Part shown: piece by piece, positions 8,625-18,875 of the stretch
How positions within the stretch are numbered: the stretch's first letter is position 1
Layout of the letters: every line of letters begins with the position of its first letter
Assembly: GCA_963719505.1 (NCBI GenBank)
Contig: CAVRCF010000005.1
Location: 96,001-160,000 of the forward strand
DNA length: 64,000 nt
DNA from: Halobacteriovoraceae bacterium
GTDB lineage: Bacteria; Bdellovibrionota; Bacteriovoracia; Bacteriovoracales; Bacteriovoracaceae
Reading direction: 5' to 3'
Notes under the pieces: model-generated
Told to the model about the DNA's origin: nothing
What the model saw: only the letters and a program-made list of their open reading frames with translations
The model's database searches: none
Made by a program: the position numbers and the translations under genes

Positions 8625-10118
8625 GTGGCTACCAAGAAAAACCTATATCTTCGATGCGCTAGTGATCCGCAATTTGAATCCGACTACATAAAGCTTGGAG
8701 GGAAAGCGCGTCCGTTGCGTGGACCTCAAGCCGAGTTAATTAAGAAGATTGAAGCTCATATTGGTAGGCGTGACGGTGAGGTTATGCCTATTCGTCAAGC
8801 TCGTCAGACAGGTAAAAACGAAGTCTCAGCGGTACTTCACAGGCGTCATTTGTGGAGAAGGCAAAATTATTCTTCTTCTCAGATATGGCTCCGTACAGCT
8901 CCCACTTGGGTTCCACAAATTACCAATTCAAAAAAAAGATTGAGAGACCTTCTTGATCTTTCGGCATCAAACATAGTTCGCCACCCACTTTTTAATCGTG
9001 CAAAAATAATAAAAGAAGAAGGCTATATTTGGAGGCTTAAAAATGCTTCCATAGAATTCATATCATCCGGTCCACACTCAAACGTCGTAGGTGCAACTGC
9101 AAACGTGTGCCTTGATATGGATGAGGCACACAAGGTTAAGAAAGATAAGTTTGACGAAGACTTTGCTCCCATGACTGCGAACACTTCGGCAGCGACAATC
9201 CTTTGGGGTGTTGCCGCTGATGGTATGGATTTGATTCAGTATTATCACGATCACAATATTGAAAGTGGGCGAGAGGATTTAAATATTGATCTTCCTTGTG
9301 ATCTTTGGATGGAAGGCAATCCTTCTTATGCAAAGCACGTTGATGCGAGAGTTCGTGCCTTGGGTTGGGATCATCCAGTTATTAAAACTCAATATAGGTT
9401 AATTCCTGTTACGGCTGAGGGTAGGTTTTTGTCTGATGCTCACGTTAGAGCTCTGTTTGATTCTGATCACGAGCGAGAGCTTAGCCCAAGAGATGGTTCC
9501 ACTTATGAATTCTTGATCGATGTCGCGGCTTCTAATGAGGATAATAAAACAAATGAACTCGAAGGTGACGGCGACTCAGAAACCGATTCAACTGTTGTTT
9601 GGATTTATAAGGTTCTCCCAGTTGTTACACCTACCGGAATATTCCCTTATATACACATTGTAAATCTTCATTGGTTCACGGGTGCAAACCTTCCGAGCCA
9701 AGACAGAGAAATAAAAGAGCTCATCTCATACTGGAGAGCCTCGAAAGTTACAATTGATGCCATCGGTGTTGGTCGTGGATTAGCAGAATCTCTCGTTGAA
9801 TCTTTCGGTGAGTTGGTTGTGAATGCTTATCACGCCAATCCAACTTCCATCTCTCAAGATTGTTTCGATCTACTAGCACGTCTTAACCATAAAAGTGTGT
9901 TGATGTTTCAAAATGATGGTTCTGAAGAGTACAAGCAATTTGAAAGTCAGTGTTCATGGACGAAGTACGCTTCCAAGGATGGAAAAATGAAGTTAACCAA
10001 ACCTTCAGGTGCTAAGAGGCACATTGATATGGTTAAGGCACTTACTTATATTAACCAGAATAGTCCTCAGTACAGCGTGCAAGAGTTCTATTCTATAGAA
10101 AGTGACTACAGTATATGA
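8625..10118 (+). CDS. terL: Terminase large subunit
   Basis: Walker A RQTGKNE, Walker B LDMDEAH, nuclease-like IDVA and IDAIGVG; lies before portal. Confidence 0.9.
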   Translation: MATKKNLYLRCASDPQFESDYIKLGGKARPLRGPQAELIKKIEAHIGRRDGEVMPIRQARQTGKNEVSAVLHRRHLWRRQNYSSSQIWLRTAPTWVPQITNSKKRLRDLLDLSASNIVRHPLFNRAKIIKEEGYIWRLKNASIEFISSGPHSNVVGATANVCLDMDEAHKVKKDKFDEDFAPMTANTSAATILWGVAADGMDLIQYYHDHNIESGREDLNIDLPCDLWMEGNPSYAKHVDARVRALGWDHPVIKTQYRLIPVTAEGRFLSDAHVRALFDSDHERELSPRDGSTYEFLIDVAASNEDNKTNELEGDGDSETDSTVVWIYKVLPVVTPTGIFPYIHIVNLHWFTGANLPSQDREIKELISYWRASKVTIDAIGVGRGLAESLVESFGELVVNAYHANPTSISQDCFDLLARLNHKSVLMFQNDGSEEYKQFESQCSWTKYASKDGKMKLTKPSGAKRHIDMVKALTYINQNSPQYSVQEFYSIESDYSI

Positions 10119-11530
10119 AGTTATCCAACCAGACTAAAAAATTTCTACTCGCTAGAAACGCAAATAAAAGATCGTTTGATGAAATGCTTAAGAAGCAGAT
10201 GGGAACGGAGGTTCTTGAGTTTTATAATAGTATTCAGACGGCCGTTGTTAATACTTCAACCATTGATGTTGGTATCATTGATAGGATGATTGAGACTGAT
10301 GACACGATATCTTCAGCTCTTGAATTCAAAAAGCTTATGGCCACTTCTTCAATTGGGTCATATCACCATGACAATTCTAAAATAAAAGATTTTGTTAACG
10401 ACGCTCTTTTGAAATTAAAGGGTCCAACATGGAGAGAGTCTATTGAGGCTCAGTTCTCACATGTTGATTTTGGTTTTAGTGTCACTGAGAAGGTTTGGGG
10501 TCTTAACGATAAGATGCAAAAGATTCCGGTGAAACTTGCGACTTATCACCCTTCTACAATCTGTTTTGAGATGGATCAGTCTGGAATTGCTGACGACGGT
10601 ATCCTTCAGTTTACAAATGATTTCAGTCAAAGTTCTAACCCAAATTACATTTACTCGGCAGTGAGAAATGGCTGGAAAATAAACGACCCTTTTTCAACTC
10701 CGATAGATAGGTTGCTTCCAAAGAGAGTGCCCTTTATAACTAACACAGGTGTTGTTAGGATTCCCAAGAGTAAAGTTATTCATCACATAAATAAAGCTGG
10801 TCGATCTTTTGGATCTCCTTATGGGAAAACCTCAGTTCGTACAGCTCACTTGTTATGGCAAATGAAAAACTTTTTTATAAAGCAAATGGGGATTGGTGCA
10901 AAAAAGGCAAGTACCGGAACTATTTGGGGGCAAGCTCCTGCTTCTGGTCACAATGTTTCTTACTTGGATCAGGATGGAAATAGGACCCAAAAGAGTGCGC
11001 GTGAGGCAATGATTGAGATGCTCAAGAATTTTGAGACTTCAGACTCTTTGGTTACGGGTTCCTCGAAAGAGGGTTATGGTCTTCAGGTTTTGCAAAACGC
11101 TGTCCAGTTGGGCTCATTCTCGGATGTTATTAATGCCATAGATGTTTGGATCTTTAGATGCTTTTTAATTCCTTCTTTAGTCATGACTGATGGAAGTGCG
11201 GGATCAAGAGCTCTTGGAGAGAAGCATTTTGATATTGTAAACCAAATCGCTGATGCTGATGCAAACGTATTTAAGCAGACATTAATTAATGAGCTCATCG
11301 AAGAAATGGTTGTTGCTAATTTTGGTCCTCAGGATGATTATGGAAAATTCCTTGATCGAGAGAAGACTTCTGATGAACTTGAGAAGGCTGCAAATCTTTA
11401 CACTATGCTTGTTGATCGAGGAATTCTAGATAGCTTTAACATTACAGATAAAAACTACATTAGAGAGGCTCTCGGTGTTCCGACAACCAAAGACGCTGGT
11501 TTACCTCCACCTTTGGACGAGTTTGAATGA
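10115..11530 (+). CDS. Portal protein (Mu gp29/DUF935-like)
   Basis: FGFSVTEKVW, SPYGK, GSRALGEKH, INELIEEMVVANFG motifs. Confidence 0.9.
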   Translation: MKLSNQTKKFLLARNANKRSFDEMLKKQMGTEVLEFYNSIQTAVVNTSTIDVGIIDRMIETDDTISSALEFKKLMATSSIGSYHHDNSKIKDFVNDALLKLKGPTWRESIEAQFSHVDFGFSVTEKVWGLNDKMQKIPVKLATYHPSTICFEMDQSGIADDGILQFTNDFSQSSNPNYIYSAVRNGWKINDPFSTPIDRLLPKRVPFITNTGVVRIPKSKVIHHINKAGRSFGSPYGKTSVRTAHLLWQMKNFFIKQMGIGAKKASTGTIWGQAPASGHNVSYLDQDGNRTQKSAREAMIEMLKNFETSDSLVTGSSKEGYGLQVLQNAVQLGSFSDVINAIDVWIFRCFLIPSLVMTDGSAGSRALGEKHFDIVNQIADADANVFKQTLINELIEEMVVANFGPQDDYGKFLDREKTSDELEKAANLYTMLVDRGILDSFNITDKNYIREALGVPTTKDAGLPPPLDEFE

Positions 11531-12399
11531 TTCATGACCTCGCATACTTTAATCATAAGAGAAAAACTCTAGATCGAGTTACCGCTAGATACTCAATTCT
11601 TATGCAAAGAGAAGTTGAGAAGTTTTTTAGGTCTCAAGAGGGTTTGCTCTTTCGCTCTTTGAATAATGGGTCAGAGCCAAAATTTAAGACGAAGGAATTC
11701 AATGAAGCACTATTAAAAATTGCAAGAGCTCACGCAGTAAAAACTATTGAGGTTGGTGTATCCGACGGTATTCAAGAGGTTGGGACAAGTAAGCTTCAGG
11801 CTTGGCGCGGGTTTTCTATTGATACACCTGTTGAGATGACTATCTCTCTTGCTGATGAGAAGAAGAAAGATAAAATAGTTGGTGAGCAAAAAAAAGAAAT
11901 CATACCTAAAAACAGAAAGCTTCTAGGTATTCTGAAAGCAACTAGAGATCAGCAGTTAAAATTTTTAAGTGAGACATACAAAGAGGTCTCCAAAGATTGG
12001 GTTAAGGGTGAGAGCACAATTAAAGAGGTTAAGGAAAGCCTTGGTTCCAAACTTAAGAGCTCACGAAACTCAATTGATAGATTATTCAGAACAGAGACAA
12101 CAAAATATTTCAACGAATCAAGACATAGTTATTTTAAAAACAATTCAAACGTCACCCACATGCAAATCAGAACCATCACTGATGGGCGAAGATCTGGAAT
12201 TTGTGAGTCTAGAGACAAGTGGGTTGTACCAATTGAAGAAGCTAGTTTTAAAAGAAACATGCCACCCTTTCACCCTAACTGTAGGACGATTCAGGTTCCG
12301 TTAAACATTAAGATACCGAGACAACGGGAAATGATCGAGAGGGGTTTAAGGATAGATGAAAGAAGCTTCAAGCCTTTACCTAATGGTTGGGCTGCCTAA
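11527..12399 (+). CDS. Minor head protein (Mu gpF / SPP1 gp7 family)
   Basis: RTET...N, DGRRSGIC, PPFHPNCRT. Confidence 0.9.
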   Translation: MIHDLAYFNHKRKTLDRVTARYSILMQREVEKFFRSQEGLLFRSLNNGSEPKFKTKEFNEALLKIARAHAVKTIEVGVSDGIQEVGTSKLQAWRGFSIDTPVEMTISLADEKKKDKIVGEQKKEIIPKNRKLLGILKATRDQQLKFLSETYKEVSKDWVKGESTIKEVKESLGSKLKSSRNSIDRLFRTETTKYFNESRHSYFKNNSNVTHMQIRTITDGRRSGICESRDKWVVPIEEASFKRNMPPFHPNCRTIQVPLNIKIPRQREMIERGLRIDERSFKPLPNGWAA

Positions 12400-12440
12400 T
12401 TTGTTTATGATGTCGATTACTAATCGATGAGGAGATTATA

Positions 12441-13682
12441 TTGAAGATACAGTTTAAGTCAGGGGAGTTTAGTGGAAACTCTTTTGAGGAAGATGGGGTT
12501 CTTTATCGCAAGGCAATCTTGTGTAGAACGGGTGTTTGGAATGGCGATGTGAAAGTTGATAAGGCCATGCTTGAGCTAATAGCGTCTTTTAATAATGAAA
12601 ATTATGGTGAGGTGATTAATCAAAACTCTTACCCTCCGGTGCAGATTGAGCATAAGACAGACGCAAAGGAAACTTTGGGTCGTGTTGATATTGGTAAGAT
12701 GCGCTTGGTTCTTGATGATGCCAGTAAATACAATCCTAAATGGGAAGGTTTTGTTCTCCTTGGGATGCTTAGGGTTTTTGATGAGACTGCTCAGAGTGAT
12801 ATCCAAAAAGGTAAGCTCAATCACTTATCAATTCAGTTCGACGATGAAACAGGTGAATTATATGAAATAAGCTTTGTTGCTGTTGAAGCAGCGCGAGGAT
12901 CACAATTATTAAAACACAAGGAAAAGAAGGAAGGAAAGATGAAAAAGAAAAATCAACTTAGCCTTGCAAGAAAAAAAGTTAGAACCTTGGCTGCTAGACA
13001 GAATTCTTTAGTAAAGAATAAAGTCGCGCTTTCAATGGGACTTGCTTTGACGCTTCAGAAGGCTTCAGGAAGTAGAACAGCTCTGTCAAAGAGTGCAAAT
13101 GAGTTAAAGCATTCTCTTAAAATGCAAAATGTTAAGTCTTTATTTTCGTCTCTTGTAAAAGAGGGAAAAGTTACTAAGGCTGAGTTTGATGCTTTAGATT
13201 TTGAATCACTTGCTGGTTTAGAGTCAAAGTCTTTCGGGATGGTTCTTGGTGGTTACAAATCAAGAGAAGCTTCAAACGATATGTATCAGATTGGAGATAG
13301 TACAGCAACAAATCAAAACGTTGAGCTTTCGGATGATCAGTACAAAAAGGCTTTAGATGCTCAGATGAAAGGTGAAGCGTTTGAAGTGAAATCTGTATCT
13401 CTTAAAAGTAAGATGAGCGAAGAAGAGAGAGAAAAACTTTCTGACGAAGAAAAAGCTAAGCTTGCTGAAAAAGAAAAGGGAGAAAAGCTTTCTTCTGATG
13501 AGCCTCTTGACCTTACCGCTATCATGGAAATGATCGAGAAGATTCAAGAACAAATCGATAGTCTCTCTGGTCTAGAAGAAAAGGTTGAAGAGATGAAAAA
13601 GTTGTCTGAAGAGGGAGAGAATGAAGAGCTTTCTGAAGAGGACGAAGTGAAAGAATTAATGGACGAAGAAGGGGATGAATAA
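12441..13682 (+). CDS. Prohead protease / scaffold fusion
   Basis: N-terminal P.QIEH...LSIQF...EISFV protease-like domain, acidic coiled-coil C-terminus; possible internal start MKKKNQ after AAGGAAGG. Confidence 0.75.
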   Translation: MKIQFKSGEFSGNSFEEDGVLYRKAILCRTGVWNGDVKVDKAMLELIASFNNENYGEVINQNSYPPVQIEHKTDAKETLGRVDIGKMRLVLDDASKYNPKWEGFVLLGMLRVFDETAQSDIQKGKLNHLSIQFDDETGELYEISFVAVEAARGSQLLKHKEKKEGKMKKKNQLSLARKKVRTLAARQNSLVKNKVALSMGLALTLQKASGSRTALSKSANELKHSLKMQNVKSLFSSLVKEGKVTKAEFDALDFESLAGLESKSFGMVLGGYKSREASNDMYQIGDSTATNQNVELSDDQYKKALDAQMKGEAFEVKSVSLKSKMSEEEREKLSDEEKAKLAEKEKGEKLSSDEPLDLTAIMEMIEKIQEQIDSLSGLEEKVEEMKKLSEEGENEELSEEDEVKELMDEEGDE

Positions 13683-14236
13683 TGAGAAAAGGATTGTCAG
13701 GTCAGTCACTAATTAGTAGATTTCACGGCTTAGCTGTTGAAGTTTCAGTGCTTATTAAAGTTGCTTACATCAAGTTTGAGTTGGAGGTTGGTCAACTTCT
13801 AGGAAAGATGGTTGATGGAAGTTACAGAGCTTATGCTGAAGGTGTTGCTTCAGGAGTTATCAACGCTACGGCTTTCACTTTAACGGGACCGCTTATTAAG
13901 CATTTCCAAGTTGGTGATGTAGTTGTTAAGACAACTGGCGAGGCTGTTGGAACCATTGAGTCCTATGACCCCGAGACAGGTATCGGAGCCCTTGAAGCGA
14001 ATGCGACAAACGCTGTTGCTTCAGGTGAGAGTATCAAGATAGTTGATTCGGCTTGTTCAATCACTGGAAACAACGCAAGATTTTTGTCAAATGTTGTCGA
14101 GGTCTGCGAAGAAGATGGTGATGCTGTTGAGTCTGGTTTAGCGGAAGGATTTATTGTTAAGTCCGAACTACACACAGATCATATTATTAGTGTAGTTGGT
14201 TATGAATCAGCTGCTAACGAAATCAGAGTTAAATAA
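13682..14236 (+). CDS. Head decoration protein
   Basis: Between scaffold and capsid; LEVGQLLGK..DG.YRAY pattern. Confidence 0.65.
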   Translation: MRKGLSGQSLISRFHGLAVEVSVLIKVAYIKFELEVGQLLGKMVDGSYRAYAEGVASGVINATAFTLTGPLIKHFQVGDVVVKTTGEAVGTIESYDPETGIGALEANATNAVASGESIKIVDSACSITGNNARFLSNVVEVCEEDGDAVESGLAEGFIVKSELHTDHIISVVGYESAANEIRVK

Positions 14237-14247
14237 GGAGATTTATA

Positions 14248-15321
14248 ATGAAACACGTTTTTTCTGGATTAATTGATTCAAGACACAGAAGAGGAATTCA
14301 CGCCATCGTTACAAGAATTATGGCAAAGTCAGATAAGTTTATCTACACGCTTATGCCAATTGTTGATGTTGCTGCTCAAATTTTAGAGCATGAAATTGTT
14401 GATGACTTTGGTGGTATGACTAACGAGAGATCTTTCAATGAAGAGGGTAAAGCAATCGCTTCAATCTCTACAGAAGTTGGAACTTTTAGGCCGGGTTCAT
14501 ATCAAGAAAACATCCCTTTCAACGAAAGAGATCTTCTTATGTTGAGAAAAGTTGGGACTGTTGGTGAGAGAGGTATTACTAATCTGACTGATGGTGAAGT
14601 TTCTCAGCTTAGCCTTACGGCTCAAAAGCTTTCTGTTAGACTTGACAACCGTCTTCAATATATCGGTTGGAAAGCGCTTCTTGAAGGGAAATATGAGTGG
14701 CTTGGTAAGGTTAAACTTTTTGGAATTCCTGCAACCAATACTCTTTCTCCCGCTATTGCTTGGGACCAACCTGATGCTGATCCAATCAAAGACCTTTTAG
14801 GTTGGTTGAATGAGTACGACGGTTTAAGAAAATACAAGATCAAGCAAATGGTTATGAATAAAACAACTGCATCTAAAGCTAGAAAAGCTATTATGGCCCT
14901 AGATAGAAACGCACAGGCTAATAATAACATTAGATCTTCGTCTCTTCAGGATCTTATTACTTTCTATGCTCCAGAGCTTCCGGAAGTGTTTATCTGTGAA
15001 GATACGTACCAAGAAGAGACTGTTGTTAATGGAAAGGTTACAGCTTCCGTGGCTCAGACATTTCTTGCTAATGGGATAATTCTTCTTATTCCTGATTTTG
15101 AAGGAACTCAGTTCCCGTACTTTGGTCAAATCCAAATTACTGAAAATCTAAATGGTGCTGATGCAACAGTTGATAGACCAGCTCAAGGTGTTTACACATT
15201 TGTTGATGAGGAAGGTCTTAAGAATAAGTCTAACCCGCATATCAAAATGATCTCAGGCTTTAATGGTGGTGCAAACCTCATGAGACCGTTTGATGTTTGG
15301 AAGTTTGACGTACTATCGTAA
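14248..15321 (+). CDS. Major capsid protein (lambda gpE-like)
   Basis: 357 aa, strong RBS AAGGAG, WDQPDADPIKDL motif, followed by terminator. Confidence 0.88.
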   Translation: MKHVFSGLIDSRHRRGIHAIVTRIMAKSDKFIYTLMPIVDVAAQILEHEIVDDFGGMTNERSFNEEGKAIASISTEVGTFRPGSYQENIPFNERDLLMLRKVGTVGERGITNLTDGEVSQLSLTAQKLSVRLDNRLQYIGWKALLEGKYEWLGKVKLFGIPATNTLSPAIAWDQPDADPIKDLLGWLNEYDGLRKYKIKQMVMNKTTASKARKAIMALDRNAQANNNIRSSSLQDLITFYAPELPEVFICEDTYQEETVVNGKVTASVAQTFLANGIILLIPDFEGTQFPYFGQIQITENLNGADATVDRPAQGVYTFVDEEGLKNKSNPHIKMISGFNGGANLMRPFDVWKFDVLS

Positions 15322-15328
15322 TTTAACT

Positions 15329-15351
15329 AGCCCCTCTTCGGAGGGGTTTTT
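15329..15351 (+). terminator. Rho-independent terminator after capsid gene
   Basis: GCCCCTC-TTCG-GAGGGGT followed by T run. Confidence 0.85.
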
Positions 15352-15362
15352 GAGAGGAAAAG

Positions 15363-15587
15363 ATGACTAATAAAAAAGAAGAAACAAAGAAAGAGAACAC
15401 AAAGAAAGAAGAAACAAAGAAAGAAGAAACTAAAGCTGATTCAGGTTTTAAGGTTTTAGCACATAGAACGATGACTTGTCTTGATGGGTCTGAGCTTCTT
15501 GCTACTCAACAATGTGTAATTAAAACAAAAGATGAGTACGAAAGACTTAAAGCTGATAAAAGAAAAATCTTTTCGGATATTAAATAA
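15363..15587 (+). CDS. Small phage protein with KKEET tandem repeats
   Basis: KKEET-KKENT-KKEET-KKEET, 15-nt period repeat; GAGG RBS. Confidence 0.7.
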   Translation: MTNKKEETKKENTKKEETKKEETKADSGFKVLAHRTMTCLDGSELLATQQCVIKTKDEYERLKADKRKIFSDIK

Positions 15588-16028
15588 ATGTCAAACCAAT
15601 ATCTCAGCGATGCAATGATTGAAACACTTAAAGGTCGTCTTAATATCAAAGAGGATGATGATGCTGTTTTTGATGAGATCATCGCTGAGTCTATTGGCGA
15701 ATTTGAAACCCATGTTAGTAAGAGGTTTGTAGTTCCACTCCTAAGGGATGATGGCGTAGAGTATTCAGCAGCACCTCTTCATTCAAGAGTTCAAGTTCAA
15801 AGAATAATAAAGTCAATCATAAAAAAGAATTCAGCTCTTGAATTTAATGTTAATTCGGATGAGTCCTCAAATTCAAACTACCTTGAGCAACAGTATAAAG
15901 CTATTAATGGTGGGTATAAATACCTTTTAGATAAAGAGTATGATTTTAATTTTAAGCTTCAAAATTTTGCTTCGGACTACAATCCCACTCAAGTTATGGG
16001 ACTTGCTAGAAATACCTTCGATGCTTGA
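15588..16028 (+). CDS. Head-tail adaptor (Mu gp36-like)
   Basis: Synteny; EFETHVSKRFVVPL pattern. Confidence 0.6.
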   Translation: MSNQYLSDAMIETLKGRLNIKEDDDAVFDEIIAESIGEFETHVSKRFVVPLLRDDGVEYSAAPLHSRVQVQRIIKSIIKKNSALEFNVNSDESSNSNYLEQQYKAINGGYKYLLDKEYDFNFKLQNFASDYNPTQVMGLARNTFDA

Positions 16029-16449
16029 TTTCTCGGAGATAAAATTACCTAAATTAGAAGATAAAACTAAAGGTCCTAAGTACGGAAGACTCAAGGGCGA
16101 CATATTAGGACTCGTTTTAGAGCAAAGAATTAGCACTTTTGATTCCGAAGCATCTCCGGATGGTCCTTGGGAAGAGTTAAGCTCTAAAACAAAAAGATCA
16201 AATGAAGATAACCATAAGATTCTCCAAGATAAAGGTATCTTAAGGGCTTCATTCACAGAGAGAGGAGATTCAAACTCTGAGCAATCTATTGACGGCGACG
16301 AAGTTTCTCTTCAATCCAATGTTGAGTATGCAGCAAAACAAAACTTTGGTAGCGAAGACGGGAGTCATCCAGCAAGAAGATTTGATTTGTTTTCAGATGA
16401 GGACCTCGCTGAGATTGATATATTAATACAGGATTATTTAAATGAGTAA
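16021..16449 (+). CDS. Virion morphogenesis / tail completion protein (Mu gpG, P2 gpS-like)
   Basis: PDGPWEEL...KILQDKGILRAS...NVEYAAKQNFG...PARRF; start at ATG 16021. Confidence 0.85.
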   Translation: MLDFSEIKLPKLEDKTKGPKYGRLKGDILGLVLEQRISTFDSEASPDGPWEELSSKTKRSNEDNHKILQDKGILRASFTERGDSNSEQSIDGDEVSLQSNVEYAAKQNFGSEDGSHPARRFDLFSDEDLAEIDILIQDYLNE

Positions 16450-17074
16450 GATGGGCGACGAAAGGATAAATCAGGTTTTCAATAGTCTCGCTGGGGGCTT
16501 ACCAACCGATCAGCTATTAGAGTCAATTAAAAGCATCATGTTGCAGGAGCCTTTGTTTCAAATATTATTCGATGAAACAGGATCTAGGATTAATATAGAC
16601 GAGGTGGAGCCAAAAGTTTTGACTCATACTCCTTATATTCAACTAAGAACGGCAAGTGAAACTTACGAATCTAGCAATACTTTTTTGACAGGATCAATTG
16701 ATACGAGAATCTTGCTACCAGTTTCTTTTAGTGGCGACTTTTTGAAAAAGAAAAGATTGGCTCACGTATTTTATAGGTTTTTTATTTCAGATAAATTTAG
16801 AGAAATCTTCACAATGGTTGCGGGTTTTGAAGGGTTTAATAATATTCGTTTCAACTACAATGCTATGTTTATAGTTGGTCGAGATAGAATTCCTGCAATA
16901 GTAATGACCCTCCCATTTAGTTTAAATCTATATAGGTGGAAACTGGAAAACAGAGAGATTGATTACACCGAGCCTCTTGATGGTGAGTTAAATGATATTA
17001 CTTCTTACGAACTTGAGGGATATCTCGACAATGAAACGGAAGAGATTATTTATAGCGATATAGTGGATTTATAG
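16442..17074 (+). CDS. Putative tail terminator / neck protein
   Basis: Synteny only (before sheath). Confidence 0.5.
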   Translation: MSKMGDERINQVFNSLAGGLPTDQLLESIKSIMLQEPLFQILFDETGSRINIDEVEPKVLTHTPYIQLRTASETYESSNTFLTGSIDTRILLPVSFSGDFLKKKRLAHVFYRFFISDKFREIFTMVAGFEGFNNIRFNYNAMFIVGRDRIPAIVMTLPFSLNLYRWKLENREIDYTEPLDGELNDITSYELEGYLDNETEEIIYSDIVDL

Positions 17075-17085
17075 AAGGGGTCACA

Positions 17086-17277
17086 ATGACTAAATCTAAG
17101 GAATTAAAGAAGTATAGGGCTTGCAAGGGTTGTGTTTTGCCTATTTTTTATGATGGCAAAATCATTCATGTTTCTAGTAAGTCAAAGCAAGAGATAGATC
17201 TAGCTTTGCTTGACCATGAGTCGAAGCACATTTTCAAAACTGCAATTAAAGATAAACAAATAGAAGAGGTGAAATAA
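17086..17277 (+). CDS. Small phage protein (Mu gp38-like position)
   Basis: 63 aa, RBS AAGGGG, coupled to sheath start. Confidence 0.55.
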   Translation: MTKSKELKKYRACKGCVLPIFYDGKIIHVSSKSKQEIDLALLDHESKHIFKTAIKDKQIEEVK

Positions 17278-18455
17278 TGTTTAGTTTTACGAGAGCGCCA
17301 TCGATTAAGATTTCAATTGGTGTGGAGCAGGGTGCTGCTGTTGGGGCTGATAATGACTTAGTTCTTATTGGTCGTTTGGCTGCAACTGGTTCGTCTGTGG
17401 TAGCAAATAGTATTACGGTCATCGAAAATTTTGGGGATGAGGTTTTAGCAAAGACTGAGTCTGAGGGGTATTTCGGCGCTGATTCTGAAATTGTAGAAAT
17501 GGTTGTCGCTGCTATTAAGGGGAATAAGTTCTCAAATGCTGTGCCAAAAGTTTTTCCAAGAATTAAGGTTTTGGCTTTAGCTAATGCTTCTACTGATTTA
17601 GCAAGTGCTTTGGCCGTGAATGCAACAGTCCCAATGCCTTATGTTGCGGCTTGGTTCCCTACCTCTGAAGAAACTTTGAGGCAAGAACTTAGAGATCACT
17701 TGGATTTTATTTCATCAGCTTCAAGGGGTAGAAATGGTCAATTTGGATCTATTGGTTTTATTGCTACTGATGGTTCTCTCGCGACGGCTTCTGAGAATGC
17801 TCTGGCGCTTGGGTCTAGATTAATAGCTGCTCCATACTTAAGAGATACAGCTGTTACGAAGGCAAATAAAGTTCATGAGGTGAGCGCTGCTTTTGCTGCT
17901 GTTAATGCTGTAAACCCAGCTCCTTTTAATCCTATGAATGATATTGTTGTCGGTGGGTTGAAGGTTCCTGTTAGTCTTGCGGATCATCATACAACTGGAG
18001 ACACTGGAACCACTGCTCTTTCTTTGAGTGCTGGATTGACACCGTTAGAAATCAATAGTCGTGGTCAGGTTGTTATATCTAGAGCGATTACAACGATTAG
18101 AACGAACGACGCTTTTGAAGATATTTCATATTTTGATATTGCTGACATGCAAACAATATTCTTTTTTAGAAAGACTGAGTTTGCGATCGCTGCACAAGAG
18201 AAATATAAGAGAACCAAGGCTAGCGCCGAAGTTGCAAAAAATATTATGTCTGAGATTAAGTCGGCGGCAATTGATTTCCAAGACGAAGGAATGTTTCAGC
18301 AAGTAGAAAAGTTTTTTGCTCAATTCACTGTTGAAAGGTCACGAACTAATCGAAGTGCTTTTGTTTATAAAATTCCCTACAACGTAGTGCCCGGCCTTCA
18401 TAATATCGGTATCGAAAACACTGCAACAACACAATTTGATGAGATAGAACTTTAG
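17277..18455 (+). CDS. Contractile tail sheath (Mu gpL-like)
   Basis: LSAGLTPL...VVISRAITT...DI and PYNVVPGLH motifs. Confidence 0.9.
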   Translation: MFSFTRAPSIKISIGVEQGAAVGADNDLVLIGRLAATGSSVVANSITVIENFGDEVLAKTESEGYFGADSEIVEMVVAAIKGNKFSNAVPKVFPRIKVLALANASTDLASALAVNATVPMPYVAAWFPTSEETLRQELRDHLDFISSASRGRNGQFGSIGFIATDGSLATASENALALGSRLIAAPYLRDTAVTKANKVHEVSAAFAAVNAVNPAPFNPMNDIVVGGLKVPVSLADHHTTGDTGTTALSLSAGLTPLEINSRGQVVISRAITTIRTNDAFEDISYFDIADMQTIFFFRKTEFAIAAQEKYKRTKASAEVAKNIMSEIKSAAIDFQDEGMFQQVEKFFAQFTVERSRTNRSAFVYKIPYNVVPGLHNIGIENTATTQFDEIEL

Positions 18456-18463
18456 GAGATAAG

Positions 18464-18874
18464 ATGCAAAGAAAAGCAGACAGAGCCTTTGTCGTAATTA
18501 ATGGTCTTGAAATTGGAGACCTTAAGTCGGCAAATGTAGATAGAAATAGTAATGTGCAATACTCGTCAACCATGACTAGAAACTTGAAAAATTCAGGTTT
18601 CAAATATGGAAACACGGATATAAATGTTTCCCTTGAGTCAGATGTTGATGGTGTTCAAGCTGCGGTGGATACAGCAATTGTAAACCCTGAGGATAGCATT
18701 GATCTTGTTTTCATTTGTGGTGGAGAGAGATTTTTGGTTAAAAATCTAGCTGAATCAACAATGTCTATGTCGGCTTCGGTAGGAGATGCTTCAAAGTCAA
18801 CTTCATACTTAGCTCTTGATATTGTAAATGAGAATGGTGCTTCTGTTAATATTTCAATTAATTTAGGTCAGTAA
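18464..18874 (+). CDS. Tail tube protein
   Basis: 136 aa beta-rich protein directly after sheath. Confidence 0.75.
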   Translation: MQRKADRAFVVINGLEIGDLKSANVDRNSNVQYSSTMTRNLKNSGFKYGNTDINVSLESDVDGVQAAVDTAIVNPEDSIDLVFICGGERFLVKNLAESTMSMSASVGDASKSTSYLALDIVNENGASVNISINLGQ

Positions 18875-18875
18875 A

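Noticed and set aside
15370-15435. 15-nt tandem repeats as possible CRISPR or VNTR element
   Set aside because: In-frame low-complexity KKEET coding repeat with no spacers; no CRISPR array or cas genes seen anywhere in the window
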